Shown here: in pieces, positions 29,180 through 40,342 of the stretch
How the letters are laid out: every line of letters begins with the position of its first letter
How positions within the stretch are numbered: position 1 is the first letter of the stretch
Assembly: GCA_963752475.1 (NCBI GenBank)
Contig: CAVVYR010000006.1
Span: 448,001 to 512,000 of the forward strand
Source of the DNA: an uncultured Chloroflexia bacterium
GTDB lineage: Bacteria > Chloroflexota > Limnocylindria > Limnocylindrales > CSP1-4
Length of the DNA stretch: 64,000 nucleotides
Direction of reading: 5' to 3'
Position numbers and translations under genes: made by a program
The notes under the pieces: model-generated
Database searches by the model: none
The model's input: only the letters and a program-made list of their open reading frames with translations
Told to the model about the DNA's origin: nothing

Positions 29180-29746
29180 CTACTTCTCCGTCTTCTTGGC
29201 CGTCGACTTGGCCTTCGTCGCCGTCGTCTTCTTGGCCGTCGTCTTCTTGGCCGTCGTCTTCTTGGCCGTCGTCTTCTTGGCCGTGGTCTTCTTGGACGTC
29301 GTCTTGGTCAGCGCGGCGCGGGCCTTACCGGCAGCCGTCTGTTCACCCTTGGCCTTGCTGGCCTTGCTGGCGGCGATACGGGTCTTCGCGGCCTTGGCTG
29401 CGGCAGCCTTCGACATCTGACGCTTGGGAGCCTTGCTGGCGGTCAGCGACTCACCGCCCAGGGCGGCGTTGGCGCGGCGCATCAGGCGAGCCTTGCGACG
29501 GGCGGCGTTGTTGGAGTGGATGGCACCGGACTTGGCTGCCAGATCGAGGGCCGAAGCGGCTTCGGCCACGGCCTTGCGGGTGGCCTCGGCATCGCCACTC
29601 TCAGCGACCGCGAGGGCGTTCTTGATCTGCGTCTTGGCGGCGGTGCGCCGTGGCTGCAGGATGGCGTTGCGTCGAGCCGACTGCCGAACGCGCTTAAGGG
29701 CGGACGGCGTCCGGGCGCCGCTCCAGGTCCGCGATGAATGGGCCAA
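29180..29746 (-). CDS. rpsT: 30S ribosomal protein S20 with a long Lys/Ala/Thr-rich C-terminal extension
   Basis: [37 protein letters not shown]20 core; about 90-aa tail with KKTTA repeats. Confidence 0.92.
   Translation of the reverse strand: MAHSSRTWSGARTPSALKRVRQSARRNAILQPRRTAAKTQIKNALAVAESGDAEATRKAVAEAASALDLAAKSGAIHSNNAARRKARLMRRANAALGGESLTASKAPKRQMSKAAAAKAAKTRIAASKASKAKGEQTAAGKARAALTKTTSKKTTAKKTTAKKTTAKKTTAKKTTATKAKSTAKKTEK
29220..29294 (-). repeat. 15-bp tandem repeat encoding KKTTA x5
   Basis: GCCGTCGTCTTCTTG unit repeated on the + strand, last copy with one substitution. Confidence 0.9.
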
Positions 29747-29888
29747 GGTGATATGTCCTCAACAGCTCTGGGTGTTCTCTCTCGGCGCGGCAGGCGTTCG
29801 CCGGGCACGGGGTGCCGCGACGCGACTCACGTACGCGCGAACGGAAATGGTAGCGCAGGTCGGCGCAGCGCGCCAGTAGTTCTGGCTC

Positions 29889-30388
29889 GTGACCGAGCTG
29901 TCCTATGCCAAGGCCGCCCGCACGCTCGACGAGCTGCGCGCCATCGGGGTCAGCCACGGCCAGGTCCATGGCTGGGTGCAGGAGGAGGGCGCCCGCATCG
30001 AGGCCGGCGTGGCCGCCCGCACCGAGGCGCTGCTCGGGGCCCATCCCGAGCGCACCAGCAGCGGAGCGATGCCGGGCGATGTCTGGGTCAGTGCCGACGG
30101 CACGATGGTCAACGACCGACACAGCGGCACCCACATGGAGGTGAAGCTCGGGCTCGTGTTCACGGGCACCGAGCGGACCGGCAAGGACCGGCACCGGCTG
30201 CTCGACCGGCACCTCGTGGGGGCGACCGGGTCCTGGACGACGTTCGCCGAGCGCTTCACCGCGGCCTGTGCCGCGATGGGCGTGTACGAGGCGGAACGCA
30301 TCCTCTTCGTCTCCGATGGGGCCGCCGCCATCAGGTGGATCCGCGAGCGCAGCTTCCCCGAGGCCATCGAGTTGCTCGACTGGTACCC
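29889..30388 (+). mobile_element. Transposase remnant, ISLre2/ISKra4 (UPF0236)-like internal fragment
   Basis: SYAKAA, VSADGTMV, EVKLG, SDGA..I, LLDWY; similarity stops just before the expected His; both termini and inverted repeats not seen. Confidence 0.7.
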
Positions 30389-30552
30389 TGCCCAGCGCAG
30401 GAGGTGTGGACGGCAGTCTCCAAGGGACCTGGAGGGCGACAAGGCCGCTGTGTCGAACGGTGCCGGTCGGCGGCAGCCTTCGGGCGAACGAGACGGGAGG
30501 CCATGACTCCCACGCCGCAGCTGTCTGAGAAGGAGCGCTGACACCGGGTTGC

Positions 30553-31704
30553 CTACGGCGGGATGTGCCATGTGAACGCCTGCCACAGCAGGAACACGTG
30601 GAGTATCAGGAACACCACCAGCACGATCCCGCGGCCGATCCTGGACTTGCGGCTGGCCAACACCCAGTCGAATGGCCAGGCGTAGGCCACGTAGCGCGGC
30701 GAGGAGAGCAGCTTGCCGGTCAGGAAGACCGAGGCCAGGGCGATCAAGCCCACCAGCCAGTACGCGGGCCGGATGCGGTCGGGTCGGAAGAAGACGAAGA
30801 GGAACGCGTAGAAGGTGAGCACAGTGACCCACAAGGCGATGACCCAGTCCGGCGCCGTCCTCAGGACGATGGCCGGTCCCTCCTGGCCCTCCAGCGCGAG
30901 GTTGGCTGGTGGCGCCGATCCGTCCGCGGGCAGCTTCCAGAAGGACTGGGCGTTGACAGTAGCGAGTGGGTCGCCGGTCAGCCACCATAGGTAGGCGAAG
31001 AAGCCAGCCAGCACCAGGGGCGCCAGGAGCAGTGGAAGCCAGGCGCGCGAAGGTCGCCACCCATCGCGCTCGATGATAAGCAGCAGGAGCGGCAGTCCGA
31101 GCAGGATGCCGGGCACGCGGGTGAACGTAGCCAGCGCGAAGGCGATGCCAGCGATCCACCCGTGGCGAGTCTCCATCGCGAGGAAGGCACTCACCGCGAG
31201 GAGCAGGAACAGGCTCTCGGAGTAGGCCAGCGAGTAGGCGATGGCGCCCGGCGCCAGGGCCAGGAACCAGAGGCTGAGGATCGCCTTGTCGGGCTCCAGA
31301 TAGCGCACTGAGAGGGCGTACAGCACGACCAATGCCAGCAGGAAGGCAACGTTGCTGATGATGATGGCGGCCACCGCCGCGTCGCCGCCGACAAGGGGCG
31401 TCAGCGCGCGGATCACGACCGGATACCCCGGGTAGAAGGCATAGCTGGGGAAACGCTCGAACTCAGCGTGGTAGCCGGTCTCAGCGATGCTGAGGTAGGA
31501 CCCGGTGTCCGACACGGTCAGGCTGCTGATGATCGGCCGGTCGTCGACGAGGACCTCCGGCGGCGGTGGCTGGTAGGTCTCCACCGCGAAGGCGACCCCG
31601 AGCGCCAGTAGCCGCGTGGCGACGAAGATGACCAGGATCCGCGGCAGGGCCCAGCGCCAATCGATGTCGGACACGCGCGCAGGGGTCAAGGCAGGCAGGC
31701 TCAC
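30553..31704 (-). CDS. GT-C fold PIG-V-like glycosyltransferase, paralog 3
   Basis: [12 protein letters not shown] shared N-terminus, [22 protein letters not shown]; WD motif changed to SD. Confidence 0.82.
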   Translation of the reverse strand: MSLPALTPARVSDIDWRWALPRILVIFVATRLLALGVAFAVETYQPPPPEVLVDDRPIISSLTVSDTGSYLSIAETGYHAEFERFPSYAFYPGYPVVIRALTPLVGGDAAVAAIIISNVAFLLALVVLYALSVRYLEPDKAILSLWFLALAPGAIAYSLAYSESLFLLLAVSAFLAMETRHGWIAGIAFALATFTRVPGILLGLPLLLLIIERDGWRPSRAWLPLLLAPLVLAGFFAYLWWLTGDPLATVNAQSFWKLPADGSAPPANLALEGQEGPAIVLRTAPDWVIALWVTVLTFYAFLFVFFRPDRIRPAYWLVGLIALASVFLTGKLLSSPRYVAYAWPFDWVLASRKSRIGRGIVLVVFLILHVFLLWQAFTWHIPP

Positions 31705-31842
31705 GCTCGAGGAGTGTACGAGCCGGCCGGTCTCCGGCGAGGACCCAATAGTCAGGGAGCGATGGCTGAACCCATGTCTCCGCCGCCTTTCAGACCCCGA
31801 ACTGGGAGTCCGGCCGAGCGCTTGCTAGAATCCGTTCATCCC

Positions 31843-33660
<1,818 letters not shown>

Positions 33661-34407
33661 ATGCTGCCCGACTTCGTCCAGTACCTCCTGTTCATCGGCA
33701 TCGCCGCGCTGATGTTCATCCTGCGCCTGGATACGAAGCGGTTCAGCGCCGCCGAATGGGACACGCAGGACGGCGAGTGGCGCGTGTGGATGGGTCGGCT
33801 CAGCTGGTATGGCGCCGGCGTGGCTCTGGCGCTCATCGTCTTCGCGCTGCATCCCTCGCCCGTGGCGGACCTCAACCTCGTGCTTTCGCCCGATCGCACG
33901 GAGGCCATGGTCTACGGCCTCTTGTTCGGTGGCGCCGGCATCGTGGCGGCCTTCATGCTGGCGGTGCTGCGAAACGGTCGTATCAGCTTCCCGGCGCCCG
34001 GTCGCTACCCCGGAGGCGTGCTCACGGCGGTCGGTACCGCCTTCTACGACGAGTGGCTGTTCCGCGGCGTGATGCTCGGCCTGTTGCTGTCACTGGGCTT
34101 GCCCGACTGGCTGGCCATCGTCAGCGCCGCCTTCATCTACGCATTCACCGTGCGTGCGGGCACCGGCAGCCGGGGACTCTTCACCATGCTGCTGTGGGCA
34201 GCCATCGGTCTCGTCGCGGGTGCCCTGACGGTCTCGACGCTGGGCATCGCCGCCGGCTTCCTGGGGCACGCCATCACGCGCTTCGCGCTGTTCATGACGA
34301 TGGGTCCGCCCGAGCGCGCGGTCGTGGCCGAGGTGCACCGGCCGACCGGTGGCACCGGTGACAACGGCGCCTACGTCATCCAGCCACGAGACGTCCGCCG
34401 CGGCTAG
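33661..34407 (+). CDS. CPBP/Abi-like membrane protein with degenerate motifs
   Basis: Multi-TM, YDEWLFRG (EExxxR-like), C-terminal GHA. Confidence 0.6.
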   Translation: MLPDFVQYLLFIGIAALMFILRLDTKRFSAAEWDTQDGEWRVWMGRLSWYGAGVALALIVFALHPSPVADLNLVLSPDRTEAMVYGLLFGGAGIVAAFMLAVLRNGRISFPAPGRYPGGVLTAVGTAFYDEWLFRGVMLGLLLSLGLPDWLAIVSAAFIYAFTVRAGTGSRGLFTMLLWAAIGLVAGALTVSTLGIAAGFLGHAITRFALFMTMGPPERAVVAEVHRPTGGTGDNGAYVIQPRDVRRG

Positions 34408-34426
34408 CGGCCCCGCCACCCGCTCC

Positions 34427-35644
34427 ATGACGGGGCCGTCCCCCGCCGAAGGGCTCTACGTCCACTTCCCGTTCTGTGTCTCGCTGTGTCCGTATTGCGA
34501 CTTCGTGGTCGTAGCAGGGAGCGCGACGCGAGGGCCCCAGAACCGGATCGAGGCGCTGATCGGTGGGCTGCATACCGAACTCGAACTCCGCACGCGTGCG
34601 GGACGGCCTGCGGCGGCGCTGCGGTCGGTCTACCTCGGTGGCGGTACGCCGTCGCTGGCGTCGGTCGCGCAGATCGCCGAGTTGCTCGAGGCGGTGGATC
34701 GGCGTCTCGGGATCGCGGCGGATGCCGAGATCACGCTGGAGACGAACCCCGGGGCTGCCGAGGTCGGCGACCTCGCCGGCTTCCGTGGGGCGGGCGTGAA
34801 TCGCCTGTCGATCGGGGCCCAGTCGATGGCCGATCCCGAGCTGCGTCGGCTGGGCCGCCGGCACCGAGCCTCGGACGTGGTCGCCGCGATGCGAACGGCA
34901 CGTGAGGCAGGGTTCTCATCGATCAGCCTGGACCTGCTCACCGACATCCCGGGCCAGACGCTTGACTCCTGGCGGGCCTCGCTCGACGCCGTACTGGCAC
35001 TTGAGCCCGAGCACCTCTCCGCCTACACGCTGAGCCTGGACGATCCCGATGCGGATGGCTTGACCGGTCCCGAGGGCGATCATCTGCCGGTCAGCCGAGG
35101 GGCCCGGGCCTGGCGCGACCGGGCGAGGGGAGAACAGTCCGAGGAACGAGCGGCCGAGATGGAGCGGCTCAGCGACGAACTGGCCGCGGCTGCGGGTCTG
35201 CAGCGCTACGAGATCGCCAATCTCGCACGACCCGGCCACGAGAGCCGGCACAACCTGCTCTACTGGCGGCGTCGGCCGTACCTCGCTGTGGGCCCAGGGG
35301 CCCACGCCTCCGATGGGTTTCGGACCCGGACCTGGAACGCCGCCCGGCTCGACGGCTACATCGAGGCGCTCGATCGAGGGCAGCTGCCTCCGGGTGGCTA
35401 CGAGGTCGTCGACGAGGCGACGATGCTGGCGGAGTCGGCCATCCTCGGGCTTCGGTTGCGCGAGGGCATCGGGCCCGAGCTGACACAGGAACCTGGGCTA
35501 CGCGACGGACTTGACTGGGCGCGAGCGCGAGGATTGCTCGAGGCATCCGGTGGTCGGGCTCGGCTCACGCAGGACGGCCGGTTGCTGGCCAACGAGGTCT
35601 TCGCCCGATTGCTGCCGACTGCGGGTTCCGCAGCCGGCGCGTAG
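34427..35644 (+). CDS. hemW: Radical SAM heme chaperone HemW (HemN-like)
   Basis: LYVHFPFCVSLCPYCDF, YLGGGTPS, YEIAN, HNLLYW, GPGAH; follows lepA. Confidence 0.9.
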   Translation: MTGPSPAEGLYVHFPFCVSLCPYCDFVVVAGSATRGPQNRIEALIGGLHTELELRTRAGRPAAALRSVYLGGGTPSLASVAQIAELLEAVDRRLGIAADAEITLETNPGAAEVGDLAGFRGAGVNRLSIGAQSMADPELRRLGRRHRASDVVAAMRTAREAGFSSISLDLLTDIPGQTLDSWRASLDAVLALEPEHLSAYTLSLDDPDADGLTGPEGDHLPVSRGARAWRDRARGEQSEERAAEMERLSDELAAAAGLQRYEIANLARPGHESRHNLLYWRRRPYLAVGPGAHASDGFRTRTWNAARLDGYIEALDRGQLPPGGYEVVDEATMLAESAILGLRLREGIGPELTQEPGLRDGLDWARARGLLEASGGRARLTQDGRLLANEVFARLLPTAGSAAGA

Positions 35645-35654
35645 CATGCGCTCC

Positions 35655-36437
35655 ATGCCAGCCGTGATCCTGCGCCGTATCGTCGCGGCCACCCTGTCGA
35701 CCATCCTGCTGCTAAGCGCCGCGCTCCCGGCGGTGGCGGCGCCTGCTGCGCCCACGATCGACTCCGCTCTCGAGTCGCTCCTGGCCTCGACCGGCCCGGT
35801 GGTTGGGACGGCCAAGGTCAGGCTCCCGGCTTGCGGGGTGAAGGACGAGATGACGCGCTACGCAAAGGTCAAGCAGTGGAAGAAGACGCTGCTCGATACG
35901 AACCTGCGGTTGCCGAAGGGCTACCAGCCGTGGGACCTGGTCAGCGTGAAGCGGGCCGATGTCGCCGGCTCGGGCAAGGTCCGCAAGCGGATCATCAAGG
36001 ACCTCAAGGCCCTCGGCAGGGCCGCGCGCAAGGCCGGCAAGCCGCTGGCGGTGCGCTCGGCCTGGCGCTCCTACGACTACCAGGCGGCGCTGTTCAACAG
36101 CTATGTGCGTTCCTACGGGCGAGCGCAGGCCTTGAAGTTCTCTGCTCGACCGGGCCATTCAGAGCACCAGCTGGGCACGACCGTCGACTTCACCGTCGGG
36201 CCGGGCGTGCCGCTCTCGACGAAGTTCGGCGACTCCCCCTCGGGTAAGTGGCTCCGTCGAAACGGCTGGAAGTTCGGCTTCATCATGTCCTATCCCAAGG
36301 GCAAGAAGAGCGCCTCCTGCTATGGCTACGAGCCGTGGCACTGGCGCTACTTCGGGCCCAAGCTCGCGCGCCAGATCCACGAGAGCGGCCAAGTCCCGCG
36401 CCGCTACCTCTACGAGACCTTCGAGACCGCGCCGTAG
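35655..36437 (+). CDS. Secreted D,D-carboxypeptidase, M15B/VanY family
   Basis: Signal peptide, SAWRSYDYQ, SARPGHSEHQLG..D, YEPWHWRY. Confidence 0.88.
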   Translation: MPAVILRRIVAATLSTILLLSAALPAVAAPAAPTIDSALESLLASTGPVVGTAKVRLPACGVKDEMTRYAKVKQWKKTLLDTNLRLPKGYQPWDLVSVKRADVAGSGKVRKRIIKDLKALGRAARKAGKPLAVRSAWRSYDYQAALFNSYVRSYGRAQALKFSARPGHSEHQLGTTVDFTVGPGVPLSTKFGDSPSGKWLRRNGWKFGFIMSYPKGKKSASCYGYEPWHWRYFGPKLARQIHESGQVPRRYLYETFETAP

Positions 36438-36633
36438 CGCCCACGCCGGCTTGCACCGCGCGCAAGGGGCAGTCCCGTTCGCACTCCTGTGCCTCACGCA
36501 GGTCACGAGCAGCGTCGAGCAGCGTGGGGCCACCTGACGCACGCGACTCGAGCCAGGTGGACCCTGTCGGCGGTGGCCCTCATGACTACGATGGAAGCAT
36601 CCGCGCCCTGACCACCCCGAGGAGATGCAGAAC

Positions 36634-37842
36634 ATGAGTGCCAAGATCGATCCCAGCGCCAGCACCATCCAGGAAAGGCTGCTGTGGGCGGTCGACGAGC
36701 TCGAGATCGAGATTCCCTCGTGGGGCTTCCTCAACACCGGCACGCGTTTCAAGGTCTGGCAGCAGCAGGGCACCCCGCGCACGGTCGAGGAGAAGATCGA
36801 CGACTGCGGCACGGTCCGGCGCTACACCGGCATCGCCCACACCATCAGCCTGCACATCCCCTGGGACAAGACCGACGACTACACCGGCCTGCTCGAGTAC
36901 ATCAACACCAAGGACATGGGCGTCGGTGCCATCAACCTCAACACCTTCCAGGACCCCGACTACATGCTCGGCTCCATGTGTCACCCCGACCCCGACGTGC
37001 GCGACAAGGCCCTCGCCGCGCTCAAGGAGTGCTGCGAGATCGCCGACGAGATGGGCAGCCCCGCGGTCAAGGTCTGGCTCGGCGACGGCACGAACTACCC
37101 CGGGCAGGATGACCTGCGCTGGCGCCGCAACCGGCTCGTCGAAGGGCTGCAGCAGGCCTACGCCTGGCTGCCCGAGGACGCGCGCATGTTCCTCGAGTAC
37201 AAGATCTTCGAGCCCGCGCTCTACTCCACCGACGTGCAGGACTGGGGTCAGTCGATGGCGGTCTGCAACCGCGTCGGCGAGCGGGCCGTGGTCTGTGTCG
37301 ACACCGGCCACCACAGCCTCGGCGTGAACATCGAGCAGATCGTGGCCCTGCTGCTGGCCGAGGGCAAGCTCGGTGCCTTCGACCTCAACGACAAGAAGTA
37401 CGGCGATGACGACCTCATGGTCGGCTCCATCGACCCGTACCAGATGTTCCGCATCACCCACGAGCTCATCAACGCCATGCGCGACGACGACGACCCGGTG
37501 GCCCAGAAGACCGCGGAGAACACGGCCTACATGCTCGACCAGTGCCACAACATCGAGCCTAAGGTGCCGGCCATCATCCGCTCGGTGCAGACGCTGCAGG
37601 AGCTCTTCGCCAAGGCCCTGCTCGTCGATCGTGAGGCGCTGCTGGCCGCCCAGCGGGCGGGCGACGTGCTAAAGGCCAACAACGTGCTCTGGGACGCCTT
37701 CTTCACCGACGTCCGCGGCCCGCTCGCCGAGCTGCGCCAGGAACGTGGCCTGCCGGGCGATCCCTTCAAGGCCTACCTCGACTCGGGCGAGGACGAGCAG
37801 CGCGCCGCCGACCGCGTGGGAGGCGAAGCCCAGAGCTGGTAG
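36634..37842 (+). CDS. rhaI: L-rhamnose isomerase (RhaI type, xylose-isomerase-like)
   Basis: PSWGF..TGTRF, LHIPWD, WLGDGTNYPGQ, LEYKIFEP, DTGHH, KYGDDDL, LDQCHNIE. Confidence 0.82.
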   Translation: MSAKIDPSASTIQERLLWAVDELEIEIPSWGFLNTGTRFKVWQQQGTPRTVEEKIDDCGTVRRYTGIAHTISLHIPWDKTDDYTGLLEYINTKDMGVGAINLNTFQDPDYMLGSMCHPDPDVRDKALAALKECCEIADEMGSPAVKVWLGDGTNYPGQDDLRWRRNRLVEGLQQAYAWLPEDARMFLEYKIFEPALYSTDVQDWGQSMAVCNRVGERAVVCVDTGHHSLGVNIEQIVALLLAEGKLGAFDLNDKKYGDDDLMVGSIDPYQMFRITHELINAMRDDDDPVAQKTAENTAYMLDQCHNIEPKVPAIIRSVQTLQELFAKALLVDREALLAAQRAGDVLKANNVLWDAFFTDVRGPLAELRQERGLPGDPFKAYLDSGEDEQRAADRVGGEAQSW

Positions 37843-37943
37843 CGGCCCTGACTCCCGTGCTTCACGAGGCGCTGTAAGGGTTCGTCCCGGCGTCAGGCCA
37901 GAGCCGCGGCTTCCTCATCGTCATCCGACCGGAGGCGTCGGAC

Positions 37944-38792
37944 TCAGCCCGATAGGCTTGGAGCCTCCTGCGGCTCGGAGCTCAAGTCGGGGATGAGCAG
38001 TGCCGCGCCGACGAAGAAGAAGCAGGCGCCGACGAAGGTGAACAGGTTCACCAGCGGCAGGCTCAGCAACTCACCCGTCGATGGCACGATGAAGGCCGCC
38101 ACGGCCGAGATGCCGAAGGCGATGGAGCCCAGCATGTTGAGCCCGGCGATGCGCGACTCCAGCGAGCGGAAGAGGATGCCCCGCAGCTGATCGTGCGTCT
38201 CCATGATGACGAGGGCGCTGGCCACCAGGAAGAGGACCGAGCCAACCACGTCTGGCGCCCAGATCAAGCGTTCGCCCTGCTGGGTCGTGAGGTCGCGCGT
38301 GCCGGCGAAAGTGCTGACGTTGAAGGCCACGGTGCCGACCAGTTGCGTTGCCGCCGCCCACCAGCCCATCGAGTTGGACCTGATCCCGAAGAGCCGCTGG
38401 GTCCGCCCACGGTCCTCGAGGTCGTCGCCTTCGTTGGTGGCTTCGTAGAACTGCAGATATGCGGCCGAGGTGAAGAAGATGGAGCCGATGAAGAACACCC
38501 ACGCGGCCGCCGAGCCGAGGGCAGCCGCCGCCAACGGGAGCGAGCCGAGGGCGAAGCAGGCGGAACCGACCATGAAGAGCACGGCGATCCACCAGCCGCG
38601 ACGGTCCGGCGCCCACCAGCGGACCTGGCGCCCACGGGAGGGGGCCCCGCGATCGATGAGGCCGTGACCCTTGCGGTGGCGCCAGGCGGTGTACTCGAAC
38701 TCACGGCCGTCAGGGCGACGCAGCACCCGCGAGGTGACGAAGGGGCCGATGCCCCGGCGGTCGACCTCCTCCCAGCCCGTGGCCTCGGTCAC
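37944..38792 (-). CDS. YrhK-like multi-pass membrane protein
   Basis: Repeated F.IGS..F helices (FMVGSACF, FFIGSIFF, VGSVLF, LGSIAF, VGACFF); 8 nt downstream of gadB. Confidence 0.65.
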   Translation of the reverse strand: MTEATGWEEVDRRGIGPFVTSRVLRRPDGREFEYTAWRHRKGHGLIDRGAPSRGRQVRWWAPDRRGWWIAVLFMVGSACFALGSLPLAAAALGSAAAWVFFIGSIFFTSAAYLQFYEATNEGDDLEDRGRTQRLFGIRSNSMGWWAAATQLVGTVAFNVSTFAGTRDLTTQQGERLIWAPDVVGSVLFLVASALVIMETHDQLRGILFRSLESRIAGLNMLGSIAFGISAVAAFIVPSTGELLSLPLVNLFTFVGACFFFVGAALLIPDLSSEPQEAPSLSG

Positions 38793-38800
38793 CTCGATGC

Positions 38801-40183
38801 CTAGTGCTTGAAACCAGCTCTTTCCGCAGACCGTCGTGGGGGGTTCGCGAGCAGGTCGGCAGCTGCCTTCGTGATGTCCTCGATGAGGGCGCGGCCCAGG
38901 TCGCCGCTGAAGCCCTCGCGCACCACGATGCGGAGGACGGCGACATCGGTGGCGTTGTCGGGCATCGTGTACGCGGGCACCTGCCAGCCGTGGTAGCGCA
39001 GCCGGTCGGAGAGGTCGAACGCGGTGTAGGGCACGTCGTCGGCCACCGTGAACGAGAGCACCGGGATGGCGCTGCCGTCACTGACGATGGTGAAGGGTCC
39101 GATCTGCGCGATCCGCGACGAGAGCTCCAGCGCGATGCCCTGGAGTGTCGCGCATGATCTTGGTGTAGCCGGAGCGTCCGAGCCGGATGAAGTTGTAGTA
39201 CTGGCCCACGACCTGGTTGCCGGGGCGCGAGAAGTTCAGCGTGAAGGTGGGCATGTCGCCACCGAGGTAGTTGACGTGGAAGATGAGCTCCTCGGGCAGA
39301 TGCACCTGGTCGCGCCAGACGACGAAGCCGATGCCGGGGTAGACGAGGCCGTACTTGTGGCCCGAGACATTGATGGAGACGACGTTCGGTAGTCGGAAGT
39401 CCCACTCGAGGTCGGGGTAGAGGAACGGCGCCACGAAGCCACCCGAGGCAGCGTCGACATGGATGGGCGTCTCCAGGCCGGTCGCAGCATTGTTGGCCAC
39501 GACCGCGTCGTGGATCTCCTTGATGGGCTCGTACTCGCCGGTGTAGGTCGTGCCCAGGATGGCGATGACGCCGATGGTGTTCTCGTCGACCGCGGCGACC
39601 GCGGCCTCAGGGGTGATGACGTAGTGGCCCTTCTCCACCGGCACATAGCGCGGCTCGACGTCCCAGTAGCGGCAGAACTTCTCCCACACCACCTGCACGT
39701 TGGACCCCAGCACCAGGTTCGGCTTGGAGGTGTCCTGTCCGGCAGCCTCTCGGCGCTGGCGCCAGCGCCACTTCATGGCCAGACCGCCGAGCATGACCGC
39801 CTCCGAGGACCGGTCGTCGACACGCCGACGGCGTCTCCCTCGGTGGGCGCGTGGAAGAGGTCGGCCACGATGTTGACGCAGCGCTTCTCGATCTCGGCGG
39901 TGGAAGGGTACTCGTCCTTGTCGATCATGTTCTTGTCGAACGAGGCTGCCATCAGGCGCTCCGCCTGCGGCTCCATCCAGGTGGTCACGAACGTCGCCAG
40001 GTTGAGGCGGGCGTTGCCGTCGAGCATGAGCTCGTCGCCGATGAGGCGCTCCGCGGTGTCGGGCATGGCGCCGTGCTCGGGGAGGCGGTACTTGGGCATC
40101 TCGGCGAGGTCCATGCGATGCGTGTAGGCAGGAGAGACGATCTCCTCCTCGACCTCGCGTGCTGTGAGCTTCTTGACCACCAT
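38801..40183 (-). pseudogene. gadB: Glutamate decarboxylase with two apparent frameshifts (near 39810 and 39152); pseudogene or sequencing error
   Basis: [37 protein letters not shown] motif SGHKYG, GWQVPAY spread over three track ORFs. Confidence 0.85.
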
Positions 40184-40342
40184 GGCGCGACCTCTTCTCC
40201 AGTGTCTGTCTGCCCATCGGGGCGGGCTGCCCTTGAAGGGCTGTGTGGGAGTCGCCGCGACCCTCGTGGTGGGACCCCGGCAGACGTGGCTGACTCTACA
40301 CCGGGGCAACGACGGGCGGAGCAACCGAAACTGGCGCTGGCC

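Noticed and set aside
29220-29294. 15-bp repeats and the + strand hydrophobic ORF 29127..29420 (AVVFL repeats)
   Set aside because: This is the antisense shadow of the KKTTA tail of rpsT.
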